DNA of 63,152 bases, counting the filler, from Octopus bimaculoides (lineage: Eukaryota), in assembly GCF_001194135.2 (NCBI RefSeq). It is 6 parts of 6 records of this genome, joined end to end, with 100 filler letters (N's around TTAATTAATTAA, not from the genome) between each part and the next. Parts side by side here need not be neighbours in the genome. Positions count along the whole stretch, not along the records: positions 1 to 19,352 come from NC_068985.1; 5 more parts are not named here. One strand, 5' to 3'. The position numbers were made by a program, and so were the translations under genes. Below are positions 1-13,631 of this stretch, piece after piece; position 1 is the first letter of the stretch; each line of letters begins with the position of its first letter. The notes under the pieces are model-generated. The model was not told the DNA's origin and did no database searches. It was given only the letters and a program-made list of their open reading frames with translations.

Positions 1-356
1 TTCAATACCAGCAGATGACAACGTTTCTCTAAAAGAAATGGAAAAACTTTCAAAATACAAAGACCTGGAAATAGAGATAACTCGAATGTGGAATCTAAAA
101 ACAGAAACAATTCCTATCATAGTAGGTGCCTTAGGTATAATAAAAAAATATTCAGACAAATACATAACAAAAACACCAGGACTTACAAATATATATAACA
201 TACAGAAAATTGCACTACTGGGTACTGCACACATTCTACGCAAAACACTTTCAATACAGTAAACATAAGAGCACCACAGCAAACCACAGCACATACCCAA
301 GGCGCACAGAGCTGCGCTCGGTAGTGAAGTGAAAGCACGTTATAAAAATAAAACTA

Positions 357-390
<34 letters not shown>

Positions 391-392
391 TT
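1..392 (+). mobile_element. 3' end of R4/Dong-like non-LTR retrotransposon (RLE domain) with (AAT)n tail
   Basis: EKLSKYKDLEIEITRMWNLKTETIPIIVGALG...QKIALLGTAHILRK is the typical RLE C-terminus; (AAT)n at ~358-392. Confidence 0.85.
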
Positions 393-759
393 TTTAATAT
401 TCAAATGCAAGACCTGCAGTTTTGAGGACAAATACATTGATTCCATTACTTGACTGGTACTTAATTGTGTGGAACCCAGAGGAATGAAAAGAAAGCATAG
501 TCATTCTCAGAATGGAAAGAGCCACAGCAATTACCACAAGGCATTTTGTCTGACACTCTAAGCAACTTACTAATCCAATTTCTAACATTGGTTGATAGTT
601 GTAGATGTTTGGGCAGTGAGGGTGAATATGATTTAGTCAACTCTCATGCATTATCAGTATTTAATTCTACAATCCTTGAAGAATATCAGGCAAAACTGTG
701 CAAATGCATTTATTGATTGACACACCAAGCTAAGCAAAATCACTGTCTTCCACACATAC

Positions 760-2995
760 AGGCTTGTCCTTTCAGGTGCCAGTGCCACTTTAAAAGCACT
801 CATGCTGGTGCTGCATTAACGTACCCCTACTGGTGCTGAGTAAACACACCCATGCCGGTGGCACATAAAGAGCACCTGGCATACTCTGTTAAGTAGTTGG
901 TGTTAGGAGGGGCATCTGGCCATAGAAACTGTTGTGTCACATTGACACTTATGTTCTTCTTTGAACTTACTGCATATGCCACTTTATAACGTGGACTTAT
1001 AACAAGGTTATAAATATACAAATATAAATCAAGCAACACGTAACAAACAATGTCTCTTCTCAAAAAATTGTATGCCTGCCGTCACAATGCACCTGCACAC
1101 ACCACACTGTCCTTCACTGACAGTGCACATGTGCCTTTATATGGTTTAGCTACATCTCCCCTTTTTGAATTTGACTTTCGTTGGAAGTCAATATTTTTCT
1201 TTTATTTATTATCTTTATAATCACCTCCCTGCTTTTTTTTTCACTTCCCCGGGAAGAAATTGGAATATTTTTTTCGTTTTGGGTCTACTTGCAAAAGTTC
1301 TGTTTGCTTTCTTTTCCTAATCACTGTACTCATTGGTTCGATTATTCCTTGAGGTATCGGGGACATCAAAAATGTCATAAAGGAATTCCATTGGCTCTTC
1401 GTGTCTTATTCTTTCTTCTGTCAACCTTTTTTTTCAGTTGGTTTAGGCATCTCTTGTGTTCCCACATATGACCTTTTACCATGTACGTTATTTTTCCTAA
1501 ATGTTTACTTATACCTTCTTCCCAACTTTCCTTTCTGTTTCTGTATATTTAATAAAAAACCCTTGTCACCAATTTTGAAGTAGTTCATCTTATTTTTGGG
1601 TGTTTCTCTCCAGTTTTTCTTTTCTTCCTGGTTGTAATTTGTCAAACACTGACCTGACTTTCCTGGTGAACATTAGTTCAGTGGGCGACATACTTGATGT
1701 TGTGTTGGGGTTAGGTGTTATTTGGTAGACACTTAAGAATTGCGTCAGTTAGTAGTTCATTTTCTAGATTTTTTTAGTGCCCTCTTAAATGTGTCTACAA
1801 AACGTTCTGCTAGTCCATTTGATCTCAGATGATATGGCGGAGTAGTAATATGCTCCGTTGCATGCACTTTGGCAAAAGTTTGTAAATTCCTTCAACATGA
1901 ACTGTGTTCCATTATCAGACACTATAGTGTCTGAGACGCTATATTGTGCAAAAAGTTCATCCAGAAATTCCATCGTTACTATGGTGGTTAGCTTCCTACA
2001 TTTACATATTTCCAGCCATTTTGTGTAACTTAATTCATCGAGTTTAAATTTTTCATATTCTCTATTTATGATTCTGGAACATGTGATGAAATCTTCTGTT
2101 TCTTTTTTTTTTCAAATTCAAACACTTCCAGCAAATATTAAATAGTGAACTTTTTTCACTGAATATTTTAGATAATAACTTAATTGTTTCCTTGAAACAA
2201 ATTTCAGATGGTTTTCTGTGCAAGATGTAATTACAAAATTTTTCATGTTCTGCTGGTGATAATTTCCTTAAAAGATGATGTACCTTCTTTTCGTCTGTCC
2301 AGCTTTTACACATTTTTTAAAGATTCCTTCATACCTTCTGAAGTATGCAGAAAACATAATCCCTTCTTCCAGATTATACATGAATTCTTCAATTGAATTA
2401 GCAACTGCATCTGCTGAAAATGAACCTGAAGTGTTTTTTGACTGCAACAATAATTCCAATAATTGTTGATTTTGTTGTAGTTGCTGTTGTACCTGTTCTT
2501 GTTGTTTTTGTTGTTCTTATTGTTGTTGCTGTAGTTGTTGTTGCAACTGAACCACGGAAGCTAATTGGTCTTCCATGCTAAGAACATCCACCGTGAGCTT
2601 TGAATGTCTCATTGCCACTGTTGTGTATTGTTGACACTGTTATGTCCTTCTTTGAACTCACTGTATATGCCACTTTATAACATGCACTTATAACAAGGTT
2701 ATAACAATACAAATATCAATCAGAAACAACACGCAACAAACAATATCGCTTCTCAACGACTTCTCTGACTGTCTTCACAAAGTGCCTGCACACACCACAC
2801 TGTCCTTCACTGACAGTGCGCATGCATCTTTATACAGTTTAGGACAGTTGACTTGCTATTCCACAGGGGTGTCAGGATTTCACCACAACAGAAACTATAC
2901 CTCAACTGACTGCTGGAGTCTGGACAAGACAGCTCCATGTCAAACTGTCCAATCCATGCCAGCATGGAAAGTGGATGTTAAATGATGATGATGTT
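760..2995 (+). mobile_element. SINE-like repeat split by the Gypsy insertion (pieces ~760-929 and ~2891-2995)
   Basis: Left piece ends GGCATCTGGCCATAGAAAC; right piece resumes GAAAC and ends CCATGCCAGCATGGAAAGTGGATGTTAAATGATGATG, the same tail seen at ~3780-3825 and, reversed, at ~5455-5500. Confidence 0.6.
930..2890 (-). mobile_element. Internally deleted Ty3/Gypsy LTR retrotransposon
   Basis: Direct repeats ~930-1154 and ~2619-2890; termini TGTTGTG...CACAACA; 5-bp TSD GAAAC (925-929, 2891-2895); PBS-like GTGGCAATGAG at 2608-2618 (-); PPT AAAAAGGGGAGA at 1155-1166 (-); gag remnants (WTDEKKVHHLLRKL) and integrase core (TIVSDNGTQF). Confidence 0.85.
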
Positions 2996-4301
2996 AGAGC
3001 ATTGGACAAAATGCTTGAGGTTTTCCTTCTGGCTTCTTATATTTTGTGGTCAAATTTTGCTGAGGTCAACTTTGGCTTCTATCATCCTTCAGAGTGGGAG
3101 TGGGTTTGTCTCTGAAATAAAGCACCAGTCAAATACCAGGGGATCAGTATAATTTACCGTACTCCTCTCCCAAATATAAGGCTTTGTGCTTCTGTTAGAA
3201 ATTGTTGTTGTTGTTCAGATATCAGGCCATCCCTCTTTTTAACAGGATTATGATTAAAAATTAACCAGTAGCAACTGTCACATCTTTTGTATATATATAT
3301 AGGACTACTGTTTGGCAAGTAGGACTACTGTTTAATACAGTAGGGTGGCGGTTTCAAACCTGGGGGGGGGGGTCTGTCAGCTGTGTTCAAAACTTCAAAA
3401 AAATGCAGTGTAGAATGTATAATTATCAAATATGTTTATCCTTGAAATGAGAGATGGAATTGAGAAAATGTGTGTTATTTATAAAATTTGCTTATTGACA
3501 GATTTGTAGGAAAATACCAAGACTCTTAGCGATTTACTGTGCTTGAGAAGATATGTCTAGCTTAGTGAACTAGTAGTCATGGTCAGTGCAAGTAACATGT
3601 TAGAGGTGCCGGTGACATGAAAATGGTACCCATGCCAGTGACATGTAAAAGACACCCATGTCACTGACACGTTAAAGGCACCCGGTACACTCTGTAGAGT
3701 GGTTAGCATTAGAAACCAAACCAAAACAGACTGTAGCCTGGCGCAGCTCTCTGGCTTACCAGTTCCAGTCAAACTGTCTAACCCATGCTTGTATAGTAAA
3801 AGGACACTAAATGATGATGATGACGATAAAAGTGAGTACTTAGAAATAACTACATTTGGGATTTGAAGGAATTTGAATGCTATGAGATTTATAACAAGTG
3901 GAGCAACTGTGGTTTGCAAAGCATTTTGTCTTCCTTGTTACTCCAGCACCTTGCTGATTTTGCCAATAAATAATGTGTGTTAGGTTACATTAATAAAACT
4001 AGCCTGCTGATTGTTACTAAAATGTGTTTACTTAGTAATATTTGTCCTTGGTTCTGTCTCTTAAGTCAGAACAGCAAATTCTCCAATGTCAGACCTAGTT
4101 GAGTGAAGCTGTCTTAATTTACAATGAGTTATTTATTTGTAGAGAATTACTTAGTTTTTGTTTTTTAAAACAAGTATCTGACACTCACATCCACTCACAG
4201 CAGAGATTACAAGGTGTTGTATTATATTCTACAAAAGTACCAACTGTTGCAGTTCACTTATTTCTTTTTACTTCTTCCATTTTTTTTTTATCACATGCTA
4301 G

Positions 4302-4354
4302 GTCTTCTTCATCACCTTATAAAAGCAGTTTCTTCTAAATTAGTCAACCACAAG
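4302..4354 (+). CDS. Candidate isolated 53-nt coding exon (phase 1 to 0, LLHHLIKAVSSKLVNHK)
   Basis: Long polypyrimidine acceptor ending TGCTAG, perfect AAG|GTAAGT donor, one open frame. No partner exons identified. Confidence 0.3.
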
Positions 4355-5339
4355 GTAAGTATATTTTATGGTGTTGTGGTTGTTAATTGATTGGTTCTTT
4401 CTTTCTCTTTCTTCCCGCCCCATCCTTGCTGTGAGCAAATCAGCATCTTACACTACTCGACTTTCACATCTAACTCATGGAAAACTGTTACTTAATGTGA
4501 AATCAGAATTGTTGTTTTGAAGAAAATTCCAAGCCTGACTTTGAAATATACATTATTCTTTTCCAAATGAAGTGCAGAAGTCACTAAATACAGATGTTCT
4601 TGAGGTTTCATACCAGATCAGCTTTCATCAACATAAATTAAAGGTACTTCCAACCATGACCATTCTGTTCCTTCTGGAAGATCTAAGCCTACATTGTTGA
4701 ATTACCCTCTTTTTTCAGATGGTAGGATGTGATTTCAGTAGATTTGACTGCTATTTCTAGTTGATTGAATAACCATATAGAGGTTCTCTTGTTGGCTAAG
4801 GAAAATTTCATAGGTCTATTAAGTTGGTGAGATAGCAGTAATGGCTTGTAATCAAGCTGTAACTGAACCCTCTCCCTTTTTATGTGTATTTAGGGCTATA
4901 TACATTTTCCCCCATTTTTTAGAAGGTAGTGAATGAGTTTTGGCTGCTGTTTCTTGCAGGTTGAGCTCCTACATAGAAGTGCTATCATCTGGTAAAAAAA
5001 AAATTTCAAAGATCTAAGCTGGGGGCAGTGGCTTGATACCTATGTTAGCTACAAGGAACAATAGAGGTAACCTACTTTTTCTGAGAAGAAACATGATTAT
5101 TAAGATATTTATTGTTGTAATAAACAAGTTGTATAGGTGAAACACCTGTCTTCCTCATGTTAAGTCTTCAATTAACTTATCATACACACATTGTACAAGT
5201 CAACTATAAAGGTCTTGAGTGACTTGCATAAATTTCTGGTTTATCTGACAGTGAACTGGAATTGGATCACTGCTGTTGTGATATTTCTACTTCTGTATAT
5301 GTGTGTACACACACAAAACACATACATACGATATATTCA

Positions 5340-5426
<87 letters not shown>

Positions 5427-5454
5427 TTGTGGATGTATATATTGTGCATGTATA

Positions 5455-5640
5455 TCATCATCATCATCGTTTAACGTCCGTTTTCCATGCTGGCATGGGT
5501 TGGACAGTTCAACTGGGGTCTGGGAAGCCAGGAGGCTGCACCAGGCCCCAATCTGATCTGGCAGTGTTTCTACAGCTGGATGCCCTTCCTAATGCCAACC
5601 ACTCCGAGAGTGTAGTGGGTGCTTTTTATGTTGAATGCAC
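5455..5640 (-). mobile_element. SINE-like repeat 3' portion with (ATC)n tail
   Basis: CATCATCGTTTAACGTCCGTTTTCCATGCTGGCATGGG motif, repeated at ~9515-9640 and, reversed, at ~2950 and ~3780. Confidence 0.7.
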
Positions 5641-7225
5641 TCGATAAAATTTTTTTAATGGTATTCTCTTGGGGCGATCTTTTGCTTTGACTCTCAGAAC
5701 TGTCATCTGGATCAGCTGATTTTGTTTGTTAATTTCCATGAATACCTAATTTCCAACTAGTATAATTGTTATATATTAACTATACAAATAACTGTTACTA
5801 TATACTAGCATCTTTGCTCTATATTTGAAAAAATTGTGTAACTTTATTGATTAAAAAGCTGATAGTCTCTTTAGTAAGAAATCATAGAATTCATTAATAC
5901 TCAGGCTGAAGCTTATGTTAGGAGAAAATTTTGACAGGCGTATACATTGATGATAATGTCATACACTGTATGTTCAAAGTTAGGTCTTATGAGACATATT
6001 TAACCCTGGATTATCATGTTTTGAAATGACATGAGATATTTTATATTTATCAACTAGTGAGGACAGAGATCTTGTAAGGATTTGTAGCAAGTAATACAAG
6101 ATCCTACTGAACATCTGCTGTCAACTGATGTGGGAGTGTTTACTGATAAAGCTTAGTAAGGCTGAAACATCACCGTAGTTGTCATTGTACTGCTGAAGGT
6201 CAGACTCATGCCCATAGCATCCCATATTTAATGGATTTTTTTATAAGAATTAAGATTTCAAGTTGTCATTTATTTAATTTATTTTTTTTACTTTACTATG
6301 TATATCAGCACTCACTTTATTATGATGTAATATTAACTTCTCAGAACACTCATATGTATCACATACAGAGAAAGGGTGTTGACAAAATAGAGTGGGCTTA
6401 ATTTCCCATCACATTTATTGATGTCTTGTCTGAGTGAACACTTGAGAGGACAGCTATAATATTTGTATCAATACTTTGCATTCATTTTGCATAGGACTAA
6501 ATCTCGTTTTTCTCAAGACATTAATAGTCAATGAGTTTGCTAAATATAAATTATGTTTTCTTTGGAAACCTAGTGATAATTTTTTTTCTTTTTTATCAGT
6601 GTTATGAGTAATATGTGCTTAAAATACTGTTTGTGATAGTCAACTACTAAACTTATAGTTCATTATTTTGTACAAATGTTGATCTTTGCTCCTAACAATG
6701 AATTTATTACCATTGTTGTGTTAAAATTGGTAAATTGAACCAAACGTTTTTTTCAAAATAGAATGCAAGAGATTGTTTAAAAAAAAGCCTAGAAACAAAA
6801 GTACACTTAAGTACTTTAAACTGAATATAATTTACTTACGCAAAGTACAGCGAAACTGCTGCTTAAGAAAGAAGAGTAACTGGTAATTAGAAATAGCAAT
6901 AAATACATCCTCATACACAGTTCCTTAGTGGTTTCTCATTATGCTTGTGGCCATTCCGAGTACTACCAACTTCTGTTGTATAATTCTTTGATGGAATATT
7001 AATTTACATTTAATCTACTTAGAAGTGATATGCTCATGAATTCAATTAACAATATATTCAAAAGCTAGTGTTTTGTTTTGTAAACTAGATTTTCACTCAT
7101 TCACAGCATTTTTGTCTGTTTTTTTTTTTACAATATTTAAGATTACTTTCAAGGGTACAACTGTAATGTTATCCTGTAGTTTCAATTCCACTTTTTCAAT
7201 GTGTTATCACACACACACACACACA

Positions 7226-7268
<43 letters not shown>

Positions 7269-8063
7269 ACACACACACACACACACACACAAAATAATGA
7301 AGATGATCATTAGTATTTTGCATTGCTACCATGCTGAAATGCATTTGCTATATACAGTTAAGTGGTTGGCAAATGAATGGCGACAGAGTGGAGTTGAGAG
7401 GGGCCCTCTAGTCTTGACAAGTTATGACACTTTCCTAAGTGCTGGTGCCATGATAAAATGCACCTGGTGCATTCTGTAAAGTAGTGGGTCAAAAGAAGGG
7501 CATTTAGTTATGCAAACCAAACCAAAAATGAAACTTATTAGTAATTGGTGACTATCTAGTTCATTTAGATTGGCAGTAATTCCCAGTAAGAACTGATTTG
7601 AAACTTGACAAACTGTTCAACCCATGACAGCATGGAAAATTGATATAAAAGGATGATGGTATATATAAGGACCGGAGTAATGTAATGCTTACAGTTTTTG
7701 CTCCAAGAAGCAGGGCACTCAGAGCTGAATAGTTGTACAACATCTTATGGCTTCTTTAGAGCCACTTAAATGAAACGTATGTTTATTGCTGAAATATCAA
7801 AATACATACAGTTGGTTACATGCTGAACTATACAATACAGTAGGAAGCTGAAAAACCCTGCTCTCAGACTAATATTTAAAAAAAAAAAAATTTTTTTTAC
7901 ATGCTTATTCTATCAGTCTCTTTTGTTGAACTGCTAATTTTCAGGGACATAAACACACCAAGATCGGTTGTCAAGCGATGGTGGTGGGAACAAACACAGA
8001 CACAAAGGCACACACACATAAATATCTGTACATATATATATATATACACACACATACACATGA

Positions 8064-8224
8064 GAGGCTTCTTTCAGTTTCAATCTACCAAATCCACTCA
8101 CAAGGCTTTGGTCGGCCCAAGGCTATAGTAGATGACACTTGTCCAAGGTGCCACGCAGTGGGACTGAACATGGAACCATGTGGTTGGGAAGAAAGCTTCT
8201 AACCACACAGCGGTCCCTGCGCCT
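8064..8224 (-). mobile_element. tRNA-derived SINE (family B)
   Basis: Reverse complement of the GGCGCAGG...GTGTGGT.AGAAGC...GGTTCAGTCCCACTGCGTGGCACCTTGG unit seen at 19044, 52097, 57853 and 60848. Confidence 0.8.
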
Positions 8225-8369
8225 ATACATATAAATATGTTTCTATGTACACGCACATGTATATACCTGTATGGAGTAACTACAGTCTCCACATATATGC
8301 ACACGTGTATCCTCAAACCTGCACGCATGTTTAGAGACATATAGGCCCAAAGATATGTGTGTGTGTGTG

Positions 8370-8403
<34 letters not shown>

Positions 8404-8408
<5 letters not shown>

Positions 8409-8540
8409 CGAAATCGAGTTAAATTGGATACTAAACTCCACTTGCGAAGACCTGTTGAGGCAAGTGAAATCGAAATCGAGTTAAATTGGACACGAAACTC
8501 AGCTTGCGAAGACTTATTGGGGCAAGCGAAAGCGAATTTG
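8404..8540 (+). repeat. ~63-bp tandem repeat, about 2.2 copies
   Basis: GAAATCGAAATCGAGTTAAATTGGA...CTTGCGAAGAC...GGCAAG repeated from ~8404 and ~8467. Confidence 0.75.
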
Positions 8541-9810
8541 TGATGGCACCTGTGCCCAGCATCGCCTTTCTGGAACTTGTGCCTGCGGCATGTCTAACGA
8601 CTTTCGAGCGAGATCGTTGCCAGTGCCCCTGGACTGGCTCTTGTGCAGGTGGCACATAAAATACACCATCTTGAGCATGGCCGTTGCCAGTACCGCCTGA
8701 CTGGCCTTCATGCGGNNNNNNNNNNNNNNNNNNNNNNNNNNNNNNNNNNNNNNNNNNNNNNNNNNNNNNNNNNNNNNNNNNNNNNNNNNNNNNNNNNNNN
8801 NNNNNNNNNNNNNNNNNNNNNNNNNNNNNNNNNNNNNNNNNNNNNNNNNNNNNNNNNNNNNNNNNNNNNNNNNNNNNNNNNNNNNNNNNNNNNNNNNNNN
8901 NNNNNNNNNNNNNNNNNNNNNNNNNNNNNNNNNNNNNNNNNNNNNNNNNNNNNNNNNNNNNNNNNNNNNNNNNNNNNNNNNNNNNNNNNNNNNNNNNNNN
9001 NNNNNNNNNNNNNNNNNNNNNNNNNNNNNNNNNNNNNNNNNNNNNNNNNNNNNNNNNNNNNNNNNNNNNNNNNNNNNNNNNNNNNNNNNNNNNNNNNNNN
9101 NNNNNNNNNNNNNNNNNNNNNNNNNNNNNNNNNNNNNNNNNNNNNNNNNNNNNNNNNNNNNNNNNNNNNNNNNNNNNNNNNNNNNNNNNNNNNNNNNNNN
9201 NNNNNNNNNNNNNNNNNNNNNNNNNNNNNNNNNNNNNNNNNNNNNNNNNNNNATGTTTTATTTATATTCCTGCAGAACTAATGTGGGGTATAGAATATGG
9301 AATATATAATATGATATACAATATACAATATAAAATAAAATAAAATAAAAATGGATGGCACCATGAAAGAAAGTATTGAATGTAGATGAAATATTGAGTG
9401 TTCAATATAAAGGATCAAATATATAAATATATAAATATAAATATATATATATAAAGGCGACTCGAGTTTCAGGGCTATTTCCCTTCGTCATGGCCGGTAT
9501 GACAGACTTAATCATCATCATCATCATTTAATGTCCATTTTCCATGCTGGCATGGGTTAGATGGTTTGATTGAAAACTGGTAAACTTAGGTGCTGCACCA
9601 GGTTCCAATCTGATTTAGCATGGTTTTTATGGCTGTATCCCTTATTACCCACTAAACGACCTTTATCTGTCTTATGATGACTTTTGTATAGATAAGATAA
9701 AGATAATTTAGTAGAAATTAAGAAACTAAGTCAAGTCTATATACATAGTTTTGTTATTTCCTTAGTTTCTGCTAAATTATCTCAATCTCATCTGCACAAA
9801 GGCCATCACA

Positions 9811-9844
<34 letters not shown>

Positions 9845-10084
9845 ACACAAAGTAAAGCTTTTTCGGGATAATAAATATGTAGTTGATGGCTTATCATTTA
9901 CATTTGTCTATAAGTTTATCAGTATCTCCATACTGTTACATCTAAGTTGATCTAGTTGTGTGTATGTGCAGCCGTCTAATTTATATATTTGTACTCGTAT
10001 GTGTCCCGAGATCGACTGGTGTCCCATTCACAGGGGTAAGTTGTGATCGATTTGGTTCCATAAAAGTATGTATGTATGTATGTA

Positions 10085-10115
<31 letters not shown>

Positions 10116-11442
10116 ATGTATGTATGTATGTATGTATGTATATAACATTTTTGTACTGTACCTATGTCTCTATACATGTATGCAGGTGTAAAGACATGTG
10201 TATATATGTGGGTGTCTGTTTTTATTTCTCGGTATGTATATATACAGGTGTATGCATTTATTCTGGTTTTACCCTTTAGCATTTAAACCAGCCACATCCA
10301 GCCCAAATATTCTACCTACTTTATGTTCAAACCAGCCAAATCCAGTCTCTCACACCTACCCTACAATGTCATTCTAAAAATATGCAGTCACATCATTGAA
10401 ATCTCATAGTTATGAGACAATGCATGATGAATTTAAAACAATGTGAATAGAAAAGCATTATATTTGACAGAATAATCTGAGTGCTAAAGGGTTAAAATAT
10501 ATTTATATATGTATAAGTCTCTATGTGGGGTTTATCACCCTCAAACTGTATTATGTATAGCTCTGCACGTAACCAACTCTATGTATTTAAATGCTTTCGG
10601 CAATCAGCATATATAACCACCACTTCCCCCTCCCTTCCCTCCTCTCCTTAGTTAAACATAAATTACAGATTTCACTAACTACCACCTTCCCTCCCTCTCC
10701 CTTCAACTAATCATGTGGAAGCGTTACGGACAGGCTAAGTAATGGAGTGACAAGCAGAATTATTGTAAGATATTATACTCTGTACTCACTTGGTGCTTTT
10801 ACCCTAAAGCAACATATATTGAGTTCTAACTGCTTATTAGTATCACTATGCCTAAGTGAAATCATATCTGTCTATCTGTCCATGCATCCATCCACCCACC
10901 CAACTGTCTGTTTGTCCTGCTGTCTGTCTGTCTGTCCTGCTGTCTGTCTGTTTGTCCTGCTGTCTGTCTGTCCCTACCTACCTACACATGCATACCTCCC
11001 TAACTTTCATTACTAACTGCCAATTGTTTTGCAAATGCTGAGAGGTTTCAATAAATCTTGAAATGAATTAAAACTATCTGAAGGAAGTTTAGCAAAATAA
11101 ACTCACTTAGAATATAACGAAAGTCCTGTTTGTTACATTAAATAATGACGGCAGGCTTAAGAGCCCAAAGTCAGTGTGTAGGAGGTGTATTAGAACAAGA
11201 GGTAGTAATGTCATGAGGGTTGCTATTAGTTTTAACAGCAATAGCAACAATCTCATTTTATGTGTTAACATCAACCTTTAACTAGCCTTTTTGATCTCTG
11301 GTCATTGTCATTGATTAGGACAGTCTTTGCACATACTTATGTTTCTTTGATTATAATCGATTTGACTAGATTAGCTGATGACATTCTTTAATTGACTTGC
11401 ACTGTTTGTACTAGCTCGTGTGTATGTATGTGTGTGTGTGTG

Positions 11443-11510
<68 letters not shown>

Positions 11511-12371
11511 GTATAATGATTATAACCTGCTAAACATGTAATGCATAAACAGTTGGATAAAAGGACAAAAATCACTAGCCATTCCTTTACCCAACTCTTT
11601 ATACCAGTTGACTAGATGCTTGCATGTGGTTGTTCAGTGTGCTAGAAATATCAGCCCTTTTTTTTTTTACTTCAAGTCATTTTTAAATATGGAAGTATAT
11701 GCTGGGTAATGTAGTCTTAGATACACTTTGCCTAAATAAAAGATGTGATGGTCCCAGATGGAACACTTTTGATGATGGATCTGCTTGATTAATAATGACA
11801 TAAGATGGGCTAAACAACAAAGGAGGACACATAGCAGAATGTATTCTGAACTACTCTGTTTGAATTAAAGGCAGGATGGTCATAGCTGGAAAATTTTGGG
11901 TCATAAGTCTGCTTGATCAGGACTGACGTCTAGATTTAAACATGGATGACTACAAAAACAGACATACTGGATGATGTGCTTCTGGATACACTATGACTGA
12001 ATGAAGCATGAGATTGTCTTGGAATCTTGGAATGCATTGATCACAAAGCTGGTTGGTCAGGGATGTCCTATAGCTAAATAGTTATAGCAACAACAACAAC
12101 AACAGTACATCTTACTTGTCTCAGGTAAAAGAGATAAATTAAAGTCTCAGAAATGTTGATCACTGACTGCATACTCAACTAATGTGTAAGAAGTTTGTTG
12201 GAAGAAACTTGCCTCTCAACACCTGATAGGTCATGCAGCCCAATGAAGGGTCTTGTTTTGTGAGCTACTTAGCAACCTTGCTTGTGTTAGTGACATGGAA
12301 AGTATCCAGTGCACTTTGTAAACATGCCATTATAGACTTTGGAGCTTTGTACAGCCTTCTGACCTGTTGTC

Positions 12372-13258
12372 TTCTATACTCACATATACCTCCATTCTCA
12401 CATTAACTGCTTCTATCCTACAAACCAATATTGTATTGTATGCATGTATTAAGCTTGACCCCAATTTTAAAACTATTTTCAAAGAATTCGTTTAAAAAGA
12501 AAAACGATTAGCCATTCCTATTCTAACATAATTCAAATTATGCCAGCATGAAATATGGATGTTGAGTGATGATGGCCAAAATTGTGGTATAAAATCATTT
12601 GAGAAAGTTTTTCATTTCAGATTTTGTTCTCATGGTTATCTTGTTTCTCTTATATTCCTGTTTTTATGTAGTTACATTCTACTTGGTCCTCAATATGCAG
12701 TTATATTGAACTTGGTCCTTAATCCTCACTAAGAATGTTCTGTTTTGTGCTGCTCATTAGATACAAACACAAGAGTACTAAGTATAAGCTATTTGATGTA
12801 TTGTTGATGAGAGCAAGATGCCTTTGCCAATCTTTTACATAACATATAAAAGTGCCTTGCTTAAGGCTACAGTTAAAAATTTGCTTAAGTCGATCTTGTA
12901 TCAGTTTCTTATTCATAGCAGAAATTGTAGGTACAGTTCCTCAATAATTGACCATTTTCATCTCAGTAGAAAGCCATTAAACTGTGGAAATCAGAAAAAA
13001 AAGTTTATTTATTATGAATTGGCTTAAGATTGTAAGTGTGTGTGTGTCTGTGGTAGTTATATGGAGCAGCTGAATAAAATTTACTTTGTTACTTGTAAAG
13101 GAATTATGTTAGGAGTGGCTAGTTGTGTTTCTTTTTAAACGAATTCTTTGAAAATAGTTTTAAAATTGGGGTCAAGCTTAATACATGCATACAATACAAT
13201 ATTGGTTTGTAAGATAGAAGCAGTTAATGTGAGAATGGAGGTATATGTGAGTATAGAA
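12372..13258. repeat. 131-bp near-perfect inverted repeat (12372-12502 / 13128-13258)
   Basis: Arms are reverse complements with one visible mismatch (TATCCTAC vs TATCTTAC); spacer 625 bp. Confidence 0.9.
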
Positions 13259-13511
13259 AACAAATGACAGAAATTGAATCAATTTCTGTAAAGGAGTGTA
13301 TGTAATTCAGCTCAAGAAGTGACTTTTCAGGTAAAAGAGTATCAGTGGATGGTATATGAGTGATGCAGCTAACAGAAAGCTGACATAGACATGCATGTTT
13401 GTGTACACACATACACAGAGTATTATATGTGCGTGTGTATGTGTACACACACATACACACATACACACACACATATGAAAATCTTTAGCGTGAATCTGAT
13501 ATTCCTTTATA

Positions 13512-13631
13512 TCATCTGTTACACATGTTTCTGTATTTGATAATCAATAATGGCAAATTATTAATGCTCCTTATAAATCACATAATTTGCCATCATCGAT
13601 TATTGATTACAGAAACATGTGTAACAGATGA
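13512..13631. repeat. 120-nt hairpin (49-bp arms, 22-nt loop)
   Basis: TCATCTGTTACACATGTTTCTGTA...ATGGCAAATTA pairs with TAATTTGCCAT...TACAGAAACATGTGTAACAGATGA; 5 non-Watson-Crick positions. Confidence 0.85.
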
